This document shows positions 1 to 10,980 of a DNA stretch of 64,000 bases, piece after piece (position 1 is the first letter of the stretch; every line of letters begins with the position of its first letter). This DNA comes from an uncultured candidate division Zixibacteria bacterium (GTDB lineage: Bacteria > Zixibacteria > MSB-5A5 > UBA10806 > 4484-95), in the NCBI GenBank assembly GCA_963668625.2, contig CAXXKA010000004.1, forward strand, positions 160,001 through 224,000, in the 5' to 3' direction. The translations under genes and the position numbers were made by a program. The notes beneath the pieces were generated by a model that worked only from the letters and a program-made list of their open reading frames with translations, made no database searches and was not told the DNA's origin.

Positions 1-531
1 GATAACCGCGGTCAGCGCGCCCAGGCCGCCCAGTAGCAAGGCCGGTGAACGGTTTATCAGGGTGGAGATAACCAGTATGCCGATTATCACCGCTAAGAAT
101 ATCTGTACCAGTTGAAGGTAACCCTTTATCGGCCGGTTTTTGGCGATATCGAAAGTAGCGTAAACATCCCCGATAGCGTTGATAAAGGCAAACATCGAGG
201 ACATACCGACGATCATCATATAAGCCATGGAAAGCCTCACCAGCCATTCACTGACCTGCGGGAATGCCGGCGCGAAAAAGTAAATCACTAATGCCGGCGC
301 CAGATGAGACAACCTTACGAACAGCTTCCTCTCGGCGAAAGCATCATCCCATCTGGAGGAGCTTCTTTTGATCATCATGGTAATAAACCGAACTATTATA
401 CTGCGAACTATGTAGTTGACTACAATCGCCAGCAAAATGACAATCGCGAAAGCTACGAACCAGGATAACGGCCCGGCCAGGTTATCGGCCAACCCAATTG
501 ATATTAACCAGGTATATATTTTAACGGTCAA
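1..531 (-). CDS. Mechanosensitive channel, MscS family (YbdG-like); N-terminal part, runs off the window
   Basis: Manual translation from TTG at 531 (RBS AAGGAG upstream): MTVKIYTWLISIGL...WDDAFAERKLFVRLSHLAPALVIY...RPIKGYLQLVQIFL...LLLGGLGALTAVI, typical of YbdG-like MscS. Not in the ORF track because it is truncated. Confidence 0.8.
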   Translation of the reverse strand, partial: MTVKIYTWLISIGLADNLAGPLSWFVAFAIVILLAIVVNYIVRSIIVRFITMMIKRSSSRWDDAFAERKLFVRLSHLAPALVIYFFAPAFPQVSEWLVRLSMAYMMIVGMSSMFAFINAIGDVYATFDIAKNRPIKGYLQLVQIFLAVIIGILVISTLINRSPALLLGGLGALTAVI

Positions 532-1046
532 AGCTTGCTCCTTATTCCGAGATCATTTACGAATAACTATTATTTTGTAATTATATAATATCGAGCAGGG
601 ACAATCAAAAGTATATTAGTTTAAAATACGATTATTTACCCGATTGTATGTAGCCGGGCTACCAGCTCTAATGGGAAAGAATATTTTCAGATGCCGGCTT
701 TTGATGGCAGGCACGCCAGCCGGAGCATGAGGAAATACCCCAACCACCGGCTTCTGAAACAGACTCCGGTGATCTTTCCCGGCATTCATAATATTGCCAT
801 CAGTTGAAAATCACCAGTCGCGATAACATCCTTAATACTCCTGATAAAAATAGGCTACCCCCGGGGAGCGAGAGTAGCCATGGGTTTCCCCCCCCTTTGT
901 CTCATTGAGAGTCACAGAAACAAGGGGTCCGATTCCCTTGAAGAACAAAACCCTGTGAAGCACAGCTTCAAGTACAACATCGTTCGTCAGCCGGAAATAG
1001 TCAATACGAATAGTTTACCATATTAATGCGTATAGAGTAATACGCA

Positions 1047-4000
1047 CTACTTGCCGGGGTTCGAATTCTTGAAATAGTCAACTAAGCTCATGTCAGTGTT
1101 GGTGATACCTAATTTCTTACGGATTTTTTCGCGATGTTTATGTATCGTACCAACCGTGACATTGAGTTCGTTGGCTATATCTTTGGAGGATGCTCCCCCT
1201 TTAATTAACTCGCAAATTCGAGCCTCTTTGTTTGAAAGGCTGTGATATAAGGCGTTGCTCTGCCCTAAATCTATTCGTAATTCGTGAAGGTTTCCTTTTA
1301 GTACTTTGAGATAGAGCTCATTAACTGTCTCATCGGGCCTCTTTATTCTATTCAATGCCGGCAGAAGTATCCGATCGACTGTTTCCGAGACCTGCTTTTT
1401 ATATTTGAGCTTTTCGAGATTAATCGATTTTAGCACATGTTTCAAAGCTATATTCTTGTTTTTCAGCTCTATTTGCTCTTTTTTCAAGGCAGCCAGGCTA
1501 TTTATCGATTGAACTTTCTTGAGGATGATATCAACGACTTCCTCCAGATATATTATTATATCAAGCGTGGGTCTATGCCCGTAAAACGGCGTATCGACCG
1601 AGAACCAGCCAATAGTTTTGCCGTCATCTTCTATAATCGGTACGAACAGCTCATCATCCTTTTTCCACGATTCCTCGCCCTCGCCGTAATCGGAATCCTG
1701 CGGTACATAACGCGCCACTTTATCCATGCCCAGTTGCGCCTCGGATGGTATAAAAAACGAGTTACTGATTTTAAACCGCTTCTGAGTCATATGGCTGGCA
1801 GTTTGCTCATCGGGCGCCGGTGCATTTCTGGCCGCTTTTATCAAGTCAGGATCGACACCGAACTGGCCTAAATTTATTATCTCTCTTTTTACGTTATGGA
1901 GAGTCAGTACCGAGCGTTTGAAAAGCTCGGCCTCGAATATTGCCTGGCAACCGAGTTCGAGGCATCTATCGACAGTCTCCGCGTTTCTCAACCTGTTTAG
2001 AAGGTTGAAACGAGCGTTGTTTCTGATCTCGTTAACTCTCTGTGAGGTTATATCCTCGGTATGTATCAATACCAGTTCCGGCGGCGCATAAGTGTAGTAG
2101 ACTTTCAGATAACTTTCGAGGTCCAGTGTTCGGTATTTATAACGAGCCTCCTCGCTGAACGAACTCTTCTCATTAAAACATCTGTGCATATTCTCGATAG
2201 CAAACGGCATATCTTCAAAGAATGCCGATACTTTGATTCCCAGGACACTGGCGATTTTCCCCCGCGTTATGTCATAAGCGGCATCGTTGTAGTTTTCCAG
2301 GATAAAATCACCATCCTCAAACCGCCAGGAATATGTCGGTATCGGGGATGCCTTGAACTGGACTTTGAATCTCATCTCGCTTGCTTGAAGTTCTTGCTCC
2401 GCTTTTTTCTTCTCGGATATATCGTTATTCATCGTGACCATTAATTTCGGTTTACCATCGCTGAACACGAAATCGTTGGTGTACTCGACCCAGACAATCG
2501 TACCATCATTACGGATAAACTTCGATTCCCCCTTCTCACCTGATTTCCCTGTTTCGAACAGGGAATCGTATCTGCCGAACGGCCCGCCGCGATGTTCATC
2601 CGCCAATATCAAATCGCGGTAATTATTGCCGATCAGGTCGTCCTTATCGAAACCGTATATCCGGCAATAAGAGCGGTTGACATAGTGATACACGCCGTCC
2701 TTATCTGTCAGGCAAAGGCCTATCGGTGAGTTCTCCCATATCGCCCGATAGTACTCCTCGCGCTCCCTTAGTTGAAGTTCGGCCTTTTTTCTGTCGGTAA
2801 TATCGATGTAATTTTCGACTATACCCAGCAACTCACCCTCGGCATTGTAATATGGCATGGCTGTAACGATACTCTCGATTTTCGTGCCATCGGATAAAAC
2901 GGTAGTATCCTCGTATTCATATTTATCATGAATATTTGCCAGTCTGTACATCGGGCAATCCGACGTATTGCACAGAGGCCCCGAATACAACTTGTAGCAG
3001 AGTTCACCGTAAATACTGCTTTCTTTCTGACGATAGAGGTTCTCGTATGGCTCATTAATTTTGAGAATATGGAAATTTCTATCAATCACGATCATAGGAG
3101 TGGAGGCTTTGAATATCTGTTCCATCTCCACGTAAGCGGATTTGAGTTCCCTTTCGATCCGCTTCCGCTCCGTGATATCCCGGTAGATTCCCTGGGTCAC
3201 GACCCTGTTATTGATATTTAGATGGCTTACGATAACCTCGATATCTATTCTCCTGCCGGATTTATTGATGCCTATGAACTCGTATCTATCGGGCTGTTTG
3301 ATATTATTCTTGAAATTATTAATCCGCTGTTCTATGAACTCCCGGCTTTCAGGAGCGATAACCATACTGGTTTGGAAGTCAGGCGATAAAAGCTCCTCCC
3401 TCGTCCAACCGAACAGCTCGATGAATTTATCGTTAACGAATTCGTAACGTTCGCTACTCATCAGGTAAACGGCATCGTTAGATTGCTCCAGAAGTGTCTG
3501 GTATTTCTCCTCGCTCTCCACCAGCGCCGACTTAGCCTGTTTCAACTCGGTAACATCAAAACCAATTGCGATAGCGATTAAACTCTCGTTATCAGCGCCG
3601 AAAATTGCCGAATTCGACCAGAATATATCGCGGTACTCGCCCGATTTCGTCACGATGGGCTTTTCATATCGGCCCCGGGGATTTAATTTTACCCACTCGG
3701 CGAAAGTATACTCCTGCGGCCACCACATATCCCTGGGCACGAAAAGCTCATGCCAGCTTTTGCCGATGACCTCCTCTTTCTTGTAACCGGTAATTCGCTC
3801 GCACTCATCATTGAACATGAGAATCGTAGCTTTGCCATCCATACAGACTATAATGCAGTTAGCCGTATTCAACATCGACTCGATAAGCCCGCGCCCTACC
3901 GAAAGCTCCTCCTCAATTCGGCTTTTTTCGGTTATATCCAGGGCCACGCCACGTACCCCGACTATCGTGTCCTTATCTTTTATGGCATCCGCTTTAATCA

Positions 4001-4397
4001 TCAACTTCACCTTGTGATCCCTACTATTCCGGGCTGTGAATACCTGCCTCTCCGGAGAGCCGCCGTTGAGTATCAAATCGACATTCCGAATGATACTCTC
4101 TTTCTCCTCGGGTATGAATAGATCGTACGCTTTCAAGCCGAGACTGAAATCTTTCTCGGAAAAACCCGTAACTGATTCTATATTGGCATTTAAAAAAGTT
4201 ATATTATAATCGGGATCTATCTCGAAAACAACCTCAGGCAGGATGCTCATGATCTGCTGATAGTCAGCCTCGTTTCGGCTATGAGCCTCAAGTGAGTTTA
4301 AGAGCTCGGATTGGCTTCTCTCGAGTTCATTCACTCTCTTCCGGAGCTTTATTAGCTCCTCTATATCAGTTATTTTTCCTGATGTACTTTCAGCCAT
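1047..4397 (-). CDS. Multi-PAS sensor with C-terminal LuxR-type HTH (one-component regulator)
   Basis: Several PAS/PAC repeats (DITE.K..E junctions) and C-terminal LSNKEARICELIKGGASSKDIANELNVTVGTIHKHREKIRKKLG. Start placed at MAESTS (4397) rather than at the track's 4469. Confidence 0.85.
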   Translation of the reverse strand: MAESTSGKITDIEELIKLRKRVNELERSQSELLNSLEAHSRNEADYQQIMSILPEVVFEIDPDYNITFLNANIESVTGFSEKDFSLGLKAYDLFIPEEKESIIRNVDLILNGGSPERQVFTARNSRDHKVKLMIKADAIKDKDTIVGVRGVALDITEKSRIEEELSVGRGLIESMLNTANCIIVCMDGKATILMFNDECERITGYKKEEVIGKSWHELFVPRDMWWPQEYTFAEWVKLNPRGRYEKPIVTKSGEYRDIFWSNSAIFGADNESLIAIAIGFDVTELKQAKSALVESEEKYQTLLEQSNDAVYLMSSERYEFVNDKFIELFGWTREELLSPDFQTSMVIAPESREFIEQRINNFKNNIKQPDRYEFIGINKSGRRIDIEVIVSHLNINNRVVTQGIYRDITERKRIERELKSAYVEMEQIFKASTPMIVIDRNFHILKINEPYENLYRQKESSIYGELCYKLYSGPLCNTSDCPMYRLANIHDKYEYEDTTVLSDGTKIESIVTAMPYYNAEGELLGIVENYIDITDRKKAELQLREREEYYRAIWENSPIGLCLTDKDGVYHYVNRSYCRIYGFDKDDLIGNNYRDLILADEHRGGPFGRYDSLFETGKSGEKGESKFIRNDGTIVWVEYTNDFVFSDGKPKLMVTMNNDISEKKKAEQELQASEMRFKVQFKASPIPTYSWRFEDGDFILENYNDAAYDITRGKIASVLGIKVSAFFEDMPFAIENMHRCFNEKSSFSEEARYKYRTLDLESYLKVYYTYAPPELVLIHTEDITSQRVNEIRNNARFNLLNRLRNAETVDRCLELGCQAIFEAELFKRSVLTLHNVKREIINLGQFGVDPDLIKAARNAPAPDEQTASHMTQKRFKISNSFFIPSEAQLGMDKVARYVPQDSDYGEGEESWKKDDELFVPIIEDDGKTIGWFSVDTPFYGHRPTLDIIIYLEEVVDIILKKVQSINSLAALKKEQIELKNKNIALKHVLKSINLEKLKYKKQVSETVDRILLPALNRIKRPDETVNELYLKVLKGNLHELRIDLGQSNALYHSLSNKEARICELIKGGASSKDIANELNVTVGTIHKHREKIRKKLGITNTDMSLVDYFKNSNPGK

Positions 4398-4541
4398 AAT
4401 ATTAACCGGACAACAAAAGAATTTTTTATAATATATGCAGAAATTCAGGTTATACAAGCAGAATATCACGATGATGGATATCTGAAAACATTATAAATAT
4501 AGCGTTTTATCCGAGAAAAGTTCTTTAATTCTCGCTATCCA

Positions 4542-7500
4542 TTATTCCGATATCTCGACTACTTTTTTTTCCGCTCTTTTGGAATGTTTTAAAGCATTGT
4601 CTACCGCCAGCGAAAGCTCATACAAATTAACCGGTTTTCGTATATAACCGTCAGCGCCCAGGCTCAATGCTAACTCTACCCGGTCGCTTTCGGCATAGCC
4701 GGAGATTATAATCGCTTTCTGATCGGGATTTACCTGCAAGGCCTGGCGATATGTCTCGGCGCCATCGATACCTTCAGGCATAATCATATCGAGGATCATT
4801 AGATCATAGCTTTTTTCTTTCATTATTAATACTGCCTGCTCGCCCGAAACGGAGACATCGACCTTATAATTAAGCTTCTCAAGTAGCGATTTACTGACAT
4901 CTCGCTGCATATCATCATCATCAACTACTAGTACACTCTGGCCATCTCCTAAAATCAGCTTTTTCCGGCTTGACTCTGAAACCGTTTCTCTGCTACAGGG
5001 GAAATACAGGTAGAAACTCGTGCCGCTTCCTATTTTACTCCGAACATCCAGGTACCCGTTATGGTCCTCGATAATCGTCATTACTATGCTTAGCCCCAGA
5101 CCGCTGCCGCGTTTCTTATCCGATTTTTTCGTCGAGAAAAACGGCTCGAATATTTTAGATCGGATGTTATCCGGAATTCCCTGACCGGTATCCGATACCG
5201 TCAGTTTCACGTATTCTCCTCGTGGGACACGATTGAATTTATCGCATATTTTATCGGCATAGTAGTTTTCCGTTCTGATCGTAATTCGTCCGTTATCATC
5301 CATAGCATCCCAGGCGTTTTTAATCAGGTTAGAAATTAATCTGAATACCTGGGATGGCCCGCCCATAACCGTAAACAACCCATCCTGAAGTTTGATTTCC
5401 GTCTGAAATTCTTTTTCCGGCTTTTCCATATCTTCCAGTACGTGATTGACCAATACATTAAGGTTTAACGGTTCGAGGTTATAATGTCCGCGGCGGCTCA
5501 GTGTCAGAAGCTGCTGGTTTATTTCGGCCATCCTGAATGCGGCATCCTGCATTCTATCGAGATATTTTATAACATCGTGATTCTCAGATATCATATCTTG
5601 AATGATCTGCGGATAAGCAGTCAACGGTCCGAGCAGATTGTTGAAATCATGAGCAATCTGGCCTGACAGCCTGCCGGCAATTTCCAGGCGTTCGGCCCGC
5701 GAGATAACATCTTTCATGATTTGCTCTTTGGTAACATCGCGAAACGCCAGCACGACACCGACAATCTCACCTTTTTTATTCATAATCGGCGAACCGCTAT
5801 CGGCAATCGCTCTCCGGGTACCGTCCCTCGATACTAGCAGCGTATGATTCGCCAGACCGACAATTCTGCCTTTTTTGATAACCCGTTTTGCGGGATTCGC
5901 AACGGTTTGCCCGGTTTTCTCGTTAATAATCACGAACACCTCATCCAGGTGCTTACCCACGGCTTCACTTTCCGACCAACCGGTTAAATTCTCGGCAACC
6001 TTGTTGATTAAGTTGATCCTGAATTTGGTGTCGGTAGTGATAACGGCGTCACCGATCGACCTGAGTGTAACCGCCAGACGCTCTTTTTCTTTTTCAAGCT
6101 CGATTTCGGATAGTCTTTCATTCGTTACATCCTGAAAAGCCGCCACCACGGTATTTGGGGATGTCTGGAACGCTTGAACCTCGAATACTCCTTTGATCTC
6201 GCCTTTCTCGTAGTTAATCTGGTCATTCTGCCAAACTCCACCATTTTTCGCTACTTCGATATACTTAGCAGGCACCTTGGTGCCCGCTAATCCAGGGAAC
6301 GCCTCATTGATAGGTTTCCCTAAAATCGGAGTGTGATCGAAATCGAGTATCGATTCCGCGGCCGGATTGGCACCGACAAAAATCAACTCGCCGTTATCAT
6401 GAAGCTTATAAATATGCATACCAAGCGGCGATGATTCGACGATATTTTTGAACTTGATCTCCGAGTTTTTTAATGCCTCCTCGGCTTCCATGCGGTAAGT
6501 GATGTCGGTTATCATTACGATAGCGAATTTCTTGCCCTGGCTGTCATGCGCACTCGAGGCCGTGAGTTTGCCCCAGATGACTCCACCGTCTTTTCTTATA
6601 TATCTTTTTTCGACCCAATAAGAATTTATCTCGCCGCTCATGACTTGCCTGAAACGGCGCATGCCTTTTTCAAGATCATCAGGATGAGTTATATCGGCAA
6701 TCATTTTGCTTTTAAGTTCCTCTCCCGTGTAGCCCAAAATCTCCTGAAAAGCGGAATTAGTGAGTTCCAATCTCGTGTCAGGGGCAACCTTGGCGACCGC
6801 CAACGGGGCATGATCGAATATCGCTTTTAACGTTTCGCGGCTTTCCCTGGAAGAGTATTCCGTCTCCTTGAATGTCGTTATATCGATAAAATTCACTACT
6901 ACCTGATTCAATTCCCCATTTTCACTGAACTCCGGGAAAGCGTTGACCAATAACCAAACACTTTTCTCGTTGTTATTTCGCCTAACCTCGAGTATTTGAT
7001 TTTTTACGACCTCCTGTTCGGAAATCACTTTATTCAAGGGATTTTCTTCTATCGGAATAATATTGCCATCCTCATCGTATAAATTCCAACTGGAATCGAA
7101 AATCATTTTAGATTGTATTTGTTCATCGCCTACGTTCAAAATTCGGGCGGCTCGCTTATTGTGCATGAGTATTGAGGTATCAGGAGCGAATATCATCACA
7201 CCACCAACGAAATTTTCAAGCAACTTTCGGTACTGACGTTCTCTTTCTTTAATTTTAACGTAAGCGATACTCTTCAGCTTTTCCAGATTGATTCGATTGA
7301 GCGCGAAACTTATATCGTCGGAAATCTCTTTTAAAAACGTCATCTCTTCATCCAGGTTAGTTATATTCCGGGAAAGTGAGACAATCAATATGCCATAGAG
7401 ATGCTCCTTATAAAATAGACGGGCACAAATCGATGGATGTTGCAGATACGAATCAGCCAAATTACATTTTTTGCATTCCATTATCGGATTATCGATAATT

Positions 7501-8174
7501 ATGGCTTTATCAGTATTTTTCACTTTAGACCAGCAATATGGATATTCACCATTCTCGAGTTCTGACTGAATTTTGTTAAATCTTGAACCGAGATTCGAGG
7601 AGGCGCTATGAATATATCTACCTTCATCATCGAATAATATGATCAGCGCGTGTTTATACCCTCTGTTGGCGGTCAATGTGGAACATACATGTTTTATCAA
7701 TTCATTCCTGTCGGCTATATCTATTATAAGTCGATTGATATTTCTAACAGCCAAATTCATTGATTGCAGATGTTTTAATTTTTCTTTATATTCTTTGCCC
7801 GCCATAGCGTTCAAAATATGCTTAGCCAATTGTGAGGAGGTGTATAGTTGCTTCCTCAAGTAATACCAGGCCCCATCTTTAACGGCCTCTATTGCATCCT
7901 GTTCGTCTTCGGCATCGGCTAAAATAAATATCGGGATTTCAGGATTTTGATTTTTTATCTCCGTAAAAGCATTATAGCCATGACTATCGGTTAGAGACAT
8001 ATTCAGCAGAACACAATCATATTCACGCGATACCAGTTCGGATACCGCTGACAGTAATCTGTCGACTATCTTTGTCTCCGATTCGAACGACTGGTTTTCA
8101 TCCAGAAGTTTTTTAATCCGCTCGGCTTCACTTTGATTGCTTTCAACCAGTAATATTTTTCTGCATTCAGACAT
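4542..8174 (-). CDS. Hybrid sensor histidine kinase (REC-GAF-PAS-HisKA-HATPase-REC)
   Basis: H-box GQIAHDFNNLL, N-box NLIKNAWDAM, G boxes DTGQGI and GSGLGL, F box IFEPFFSTK, and a C-terminal receiver (VVDDD...LDMIMP...KP). Confidence 0.92.
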   Translation of the reverse strand: MSECRKILLVESNQSEAERIKKLLDENQSFESETKIVDRLLSAVSELVSREYDCVLLNMSLTDSHGYNAFTEIKNQNPEIPIFILADAEDEQDAIEAVKDGAWYYLRKQLYTSSQLAKHILNAMAGKEYKEKLKHLQSMNLAVRNINRLIIDIADRNELIKHVCSTLTANRGYKHALIILFDDEGRYIHSASSNLGSRFNKIQSELENGEYPYCWSKVKNTDKAIIIDNPIMECKKCNLADSYLQHPSICARLFYKEHLYGILIVSLSRNITNLDEEMTFLKEISDDISFALNRINLEKLKSIAYVKIKERERQYRKLLENFVGGVMIFAPDTSILMHNKRAARILNVGDEQIQSKMIFDSSWNLYDEDGNIIPIEENPLNKVISEQEVVKNQILEVRRNNNEKSVWLLVNAFPEFSENGELNQVVVNFIDITTFKETEYSSRESRETLKAIFDHAPLAVAKVAPDTRLELTNSAFQEILGYTGEELKSKMIADITHPDDLEKGMRRFRQVMSGEINSYWVEKRYIRKDGGVIWGKLTASSAHDSQGKKFAIVMITDITYRMEAEEALKNSEIKFKNIVESSPLGMHIYKLHDNGELIFVGANPAAESILDFDHTPILGKPINEAFPGLAGTKVPAKYIEVAKNGGVWQNDQINYEKGEIKGVFEVQAFQTSPNTVVAAFQDVTNERLSEIELEKEKERLAVTLRSIGDAVITTDTKFRINLINKVAENLTGWSESEAVGKHLDEVFVIINEKTGQTVANPAKRVIKKGRIVGLANHTLLVSRDGTRRAIADSGSPIMNKKGEIVGVVLAFRDVTKEQIMKDVISRAERLEIAGRLSGQIAHDFNNLLGPLTAYPQIIQDMISENHDVIKYLDRMQDAAFRMAEINQQLLTLSRRGHYNLEPLNLNVLVNHVLEDMEKPEKEFQTEIKLQDGLFTVMGGPSQVFRLISNLIKNAWDAMDDNGRITIRTENYYADKICDKFNRVPRGEYVKLTVSDTGQGIPDNIRSKIFEPFFSTKKSDKKRGSGLGLSIVMTIIEDHNGYLDVRSKIGSGTSFYLYFPCSRETVSESSRKKLILGDGQSVLVVDDDDMQRDVSKSLLEKLNYKVDVSVSGEQAVLIMKEKSYDLMILDMIMPEGIDGAETYRQALQVNPDQKAIIISGYAESDRVELALSLGADGYIRKPVNLYELSLAVDNALKHSKRAEKKVVEISE

Positions 8175-8465
8175 TCGTACCCTGATACTATAAAAGTATT
8201 TTCCTCAGAACTACTAAGCTCACATAAAGGTTAATATCCACAACTTGGAATTTCCCCCCATACTAAAACTACAATCCGGCAAATTCATTGACCAAAACGA
8301 CTGTAATTCTTATGCCATTTAAATAATGCTACTTGTTAATGGCTGCCTGTTTTAATTAAATCGGTATAAAATACCTCTTATTAATATGAATTACCAATCA
8401 GTCTAAAAAGTTAACATCGATTGTATTGGATGGATTAGAAATAATAAAACGGGCAACCGGGTGTT

Positions 8466-8536
8466 ACCCGTTATCTATCTGCCGAAGGCCGGAATCGAAC
8501 CGGCACGAAAGTTACCCTTTGAGGGATTTTAAGTCC
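8466..8536 (-). repeat. att site: duplicated 3' half of tRNA-Leu(TAA) plus 14 bp of flank
   Basis: 69/71 identical to 17525-17595 by manual alignment (mismatches at 8485 and 8520). Identity stops just past the anticodon loop. Confidence 0.92.
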
Positions 8537-8740
8537 TGAGCAAGGCTTAAAGCTAATCCGTTGCTACACCGCATAATATGAAGTTCTCCATCAACTTATA
8601 CTTTTCCCCTCCTCCACAAGAAACCACCACAAAACACCATAAACTACCACGTTATAACCATCAAGTTTGGACTTCGGATTGACTTGAGTCGTGGAATTTT
8701 CCATGGATATACCGTTGTTGTTACCGTATTGTTGACACGA

Positions 8741-8769
8741 AAAAGGCGGCCCTTTTCAGAGCCGCCTTC
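8741..8769 (-). terminator. Intrinsic terminator after the Cys-repeat gene
   Basis: On the minus strand: AAGGCGGCTCTGAAAAGGGCCGCCTTTTT. Confidence 0.7.
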
Positions 8770-8842
8770 CGTAGATCAAGGTCAAAGTGTTAGAACACTT
8801 TTAAGAAGTAGTAGCTGAGATTAATTACTCGAATCAGGGAGT

Positions 8843-10855
8843 TCATTCGCAATTCGGCCAACCATCGGGAGCCTCGGCCGGTAAATCGCCGCTGCCAGAC
8901 CAGGATGGCTCATAATCCGGGCAGTAATGTAATTCGTTCGCGCCTCGGAAATATTGTACCAGGTAGGTAACGTCAGCGCCGATTACAGAACAGTCACCGT
9001 TAGCATCAGCCGAGTTATAGAAACCACCGACCAGACACGGTGCGGCGATAGCCCGGAAATAATTAACAAGATAAGTGACATCCGCGCCGATTACATTCGG
9101 CGGCCAGGAGCCGGCAGCCATGTTGGCATCGCCGGGAAGGTACTCGTAGGTGGATGGTTGCTCGCAGATATCGGCAACACCATCTTCAGGATCGAAATCA
9201 TCACAGGTTGCGCCCGCATGGAATGAGGTACCCATCAACTCTCCGAAGCAGTTCACCTGATCAGTTTCCATGCACATTATGGTTCCTTCAAAGTCATAGC
9301 AGCAAGCGCCATACTCAGGGACGACGCAGACATCGGCAACACCATCTTCAGGATCGAAATCCTCACAGGTTGCGCCCGTATGGAATGAGGTGCCCATCAA
9401 CTCTCCGAAGCAGTAATCCTGATCGTCGGTGACTACACACATCATGGTTCCTTCAAAGTCATAGCAGCAAGCGCCTTCCTCAGGGGCGGCGCAGATATCG
9501 GCAACACCATCTGAAGGATCGAAATCATCACAGGTTGCGCCCAGATGGAATGAGGTGCCCATCAACTCTTCGAAGCAGTTCACCTGATCAGTTTCCATAC
9601 ACATTATGGTTCCTTCTAAGTTATAGCAGCAAGCGCCATACGCAGGGACGACACAGATATCGGCAACACCATCTTCAGGATCGAAATCTTCACAGGTTGC
9701 GCCCGCATGGAATGAGGCGCCCATCAACTCTCCGAAGCAGTAATCCTGATCGTCGGTGACTACACACATCATGGTTCCTTCAAAGTCATAGCAGCAAGCG
9801 CCTTCCTCAGGGGCGGCGCAGATATCGGCAACACCATCTGAAGGATCGACATCTTCACAGGTAGCGCCGGCGTGGAATGAGGTGCCCATCAACTCCCCGA
9901 AGCAGTACGCCTGATCGTCGGTGACTACACACATCTGCACGGATCCATCCATATAGCAGCAAGCGCCTTCCACAGTGACGGCGCAGATATCGGCAACACC
10001 ATCTGGAGGATCGACATCTTCACAGGTAGCGCCCGCATGGAATGTGCCCATCAAACCTGCGCATTCCTCCTCGGTAATTACTTCGCATAGCGTCCCTTCA
10101 AAGCAGCAGGCGCCTCGCTCAGGGCCGGCTGCGCAGATATCGGCAACACCATCTTCAGGATCAACATCCTCACAGGTTGCGCCCGCATGGAATGTGCCCA
10201 TCAAACCTGCGCATTCCACCTCAGTAGTTACTTCGCATAGCGTCCCTTCAAAGCAGCATGCGCCCCGCTCAGGGCCGACTCCGCAGATATCGGCAACACC
10301 ATCCGGAGGATCGACATCCTCACAGTTTGCGCCCATATGGAATGTGCCCATCAATTCTTCAACGCAATACGCCTCATCATCGGTAACTAAACACATCTGC
10401 ACGGATCCATCCATATAGCAGCAAGCGTTTTCCTCAGGGCCGGTTGCGCAGATATCGGCAACACCATCTTCAGGATCGATATCTTCACAGGTTGCGCCCA
10501 GATTGAATGAGGTGCCCATCAACTCTTCGAAGCAGTACGCCAGATCGTCGGTAACTAAACACATCTGCACGGGTCCATCCATATAGCAGCAAGCGCCTTC
10601 CACAGTGACGGCGCAGATATCGGCAACACCATCTTCAGGATCGACATCATCGCAGGTTGCGTCCGCATGGAATGTGCCCATCAAACCTTCCTCGCAGTAC
10701 CCCTGATCATCGGTAACTACGCACATCATGGTACCTTCAAAATCATAGCAGCAAGCGCCGGTCGTAAGTCCTGAATTGAGGGGCGGGTCCGCCATAACAT
10801 CAACCGCTAATATTAAACACAAGGTTAAAATCGATACAGAGAAAATCTTTTTCAT
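8843..10855 (-). CDS. Secreted Cys-rich tandem-repeat (GACC) protein with C-terminal dockerin-like domain
   Basis: Signal peptide MKKIFSVSILTLCLILAVDVMA; ten ~50-56 aa repeats (G/N)ACC...C...C...C..D.DP.DGVAD(I/V)C; C-terminal PGDAN...GADVTYLVNYFR...ADANGDCSVIGADVTYLVQYFRG. Confidence 0.85.
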   Translation of the reverse strand: MKKIFSVSILTLCLILAVDVMADPPLNSGLTTGACCYDFEGTMMCVVTDDQGYCEEGLMGTFHADATCDDVDPEDGVADICAVTVEGACCYMDGPVQMCLVTDDLAYCFEELMGTSFNLGATCEDIDPEDGVADICATGPEENACCYMDGSVQMCLVTDDEAYCVEELMGTFHMGANCEDVDPPDGVADICGVGPERGACCFEGTLCEVTTEVECAGLMGTFHAGATCEDVDPEDGVADICAAGPERGACCFEGTLCEVITEEECAGLMGTFHAGATCEDVDPPDGVADICAVTVEGACCYMDGSVQMCVVTDDQAYCFGELMGTSFHAGATCEDVDPSDGVADICAAPEEGACCYDFEGTMMCVVTDDQDYCFGELMGASFHAGATCEDFDPEDGVADICVVPAYGACCYNLEGTIMCMETDQVNCFEELMGTSFHLGATCDDFDPSDGVADICAAPEEGACCYDFEGTMMCVVTDDQDYCFGELMGTSFHTGATCEDFDPEDGVADVCVVPEYGACCYDFEGTIMCMETDQVNCFGELMGTSFHAGATCDDFDPEDGVADICEQPSTYEYLPGDANMAAGSWPPNVIGADVTYLVNYFRAIAAPCLVGGFYNSADANGDCSVIGADVTYLVQYFRGANELHYCPDYEPSWSGSGDLPAEAPDGWPNCE

Positions 10856-10954
10856 GTTGATTCTCCTTAAATAATTAAGGACTTGACTCTTTTTAATCCA
10901 TTAGTTAGTTTTTTTTTGCGCCGGGATTTTTTATTCCCGATGCTATTTTTCGTG

Positions 10955-10980
10955 ACTGTCAGGTGAATTCACCTGACAGT
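10955..10980. repeat. Perfect 26-bp palindrome
   Basis: ACTGTCAGGTGAATTCACCTGACAGT; its arms resemble the TGTCAGG...CCTGACA REP-like family elsewhere in the window. Confidence 0.8.

Noticed and set aside
690-790. Riboswitch upstream of the MscS gene
   Set aside because: Some pairing is present (ATGCCGG/CCGGCAT), but it matches no riboswitch consensus I can identify.
1437-4121. Numerous short antisense or overlapping ORFs in the track (also within the S8, helicase, PtrB and phage genes)
   Set aside because: They are shadow frames of long, motif-supported genes and have no recognisable motifs.
8480-8536. Second tRNA-Leu gene
   Set aside because: Only the anticodon-to-3' half is present, with no D-arm or 5' acceptor strand; it is an att remnant.
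9150-10760. CRISPR array or DGR template/variable repeats
   Set aside because: The repeats are ~150-165 bp in-frame coding units with no unique spacers. There are no cas or reverse transcriptase genes and no adenine-specific mismatch pattern was evident.
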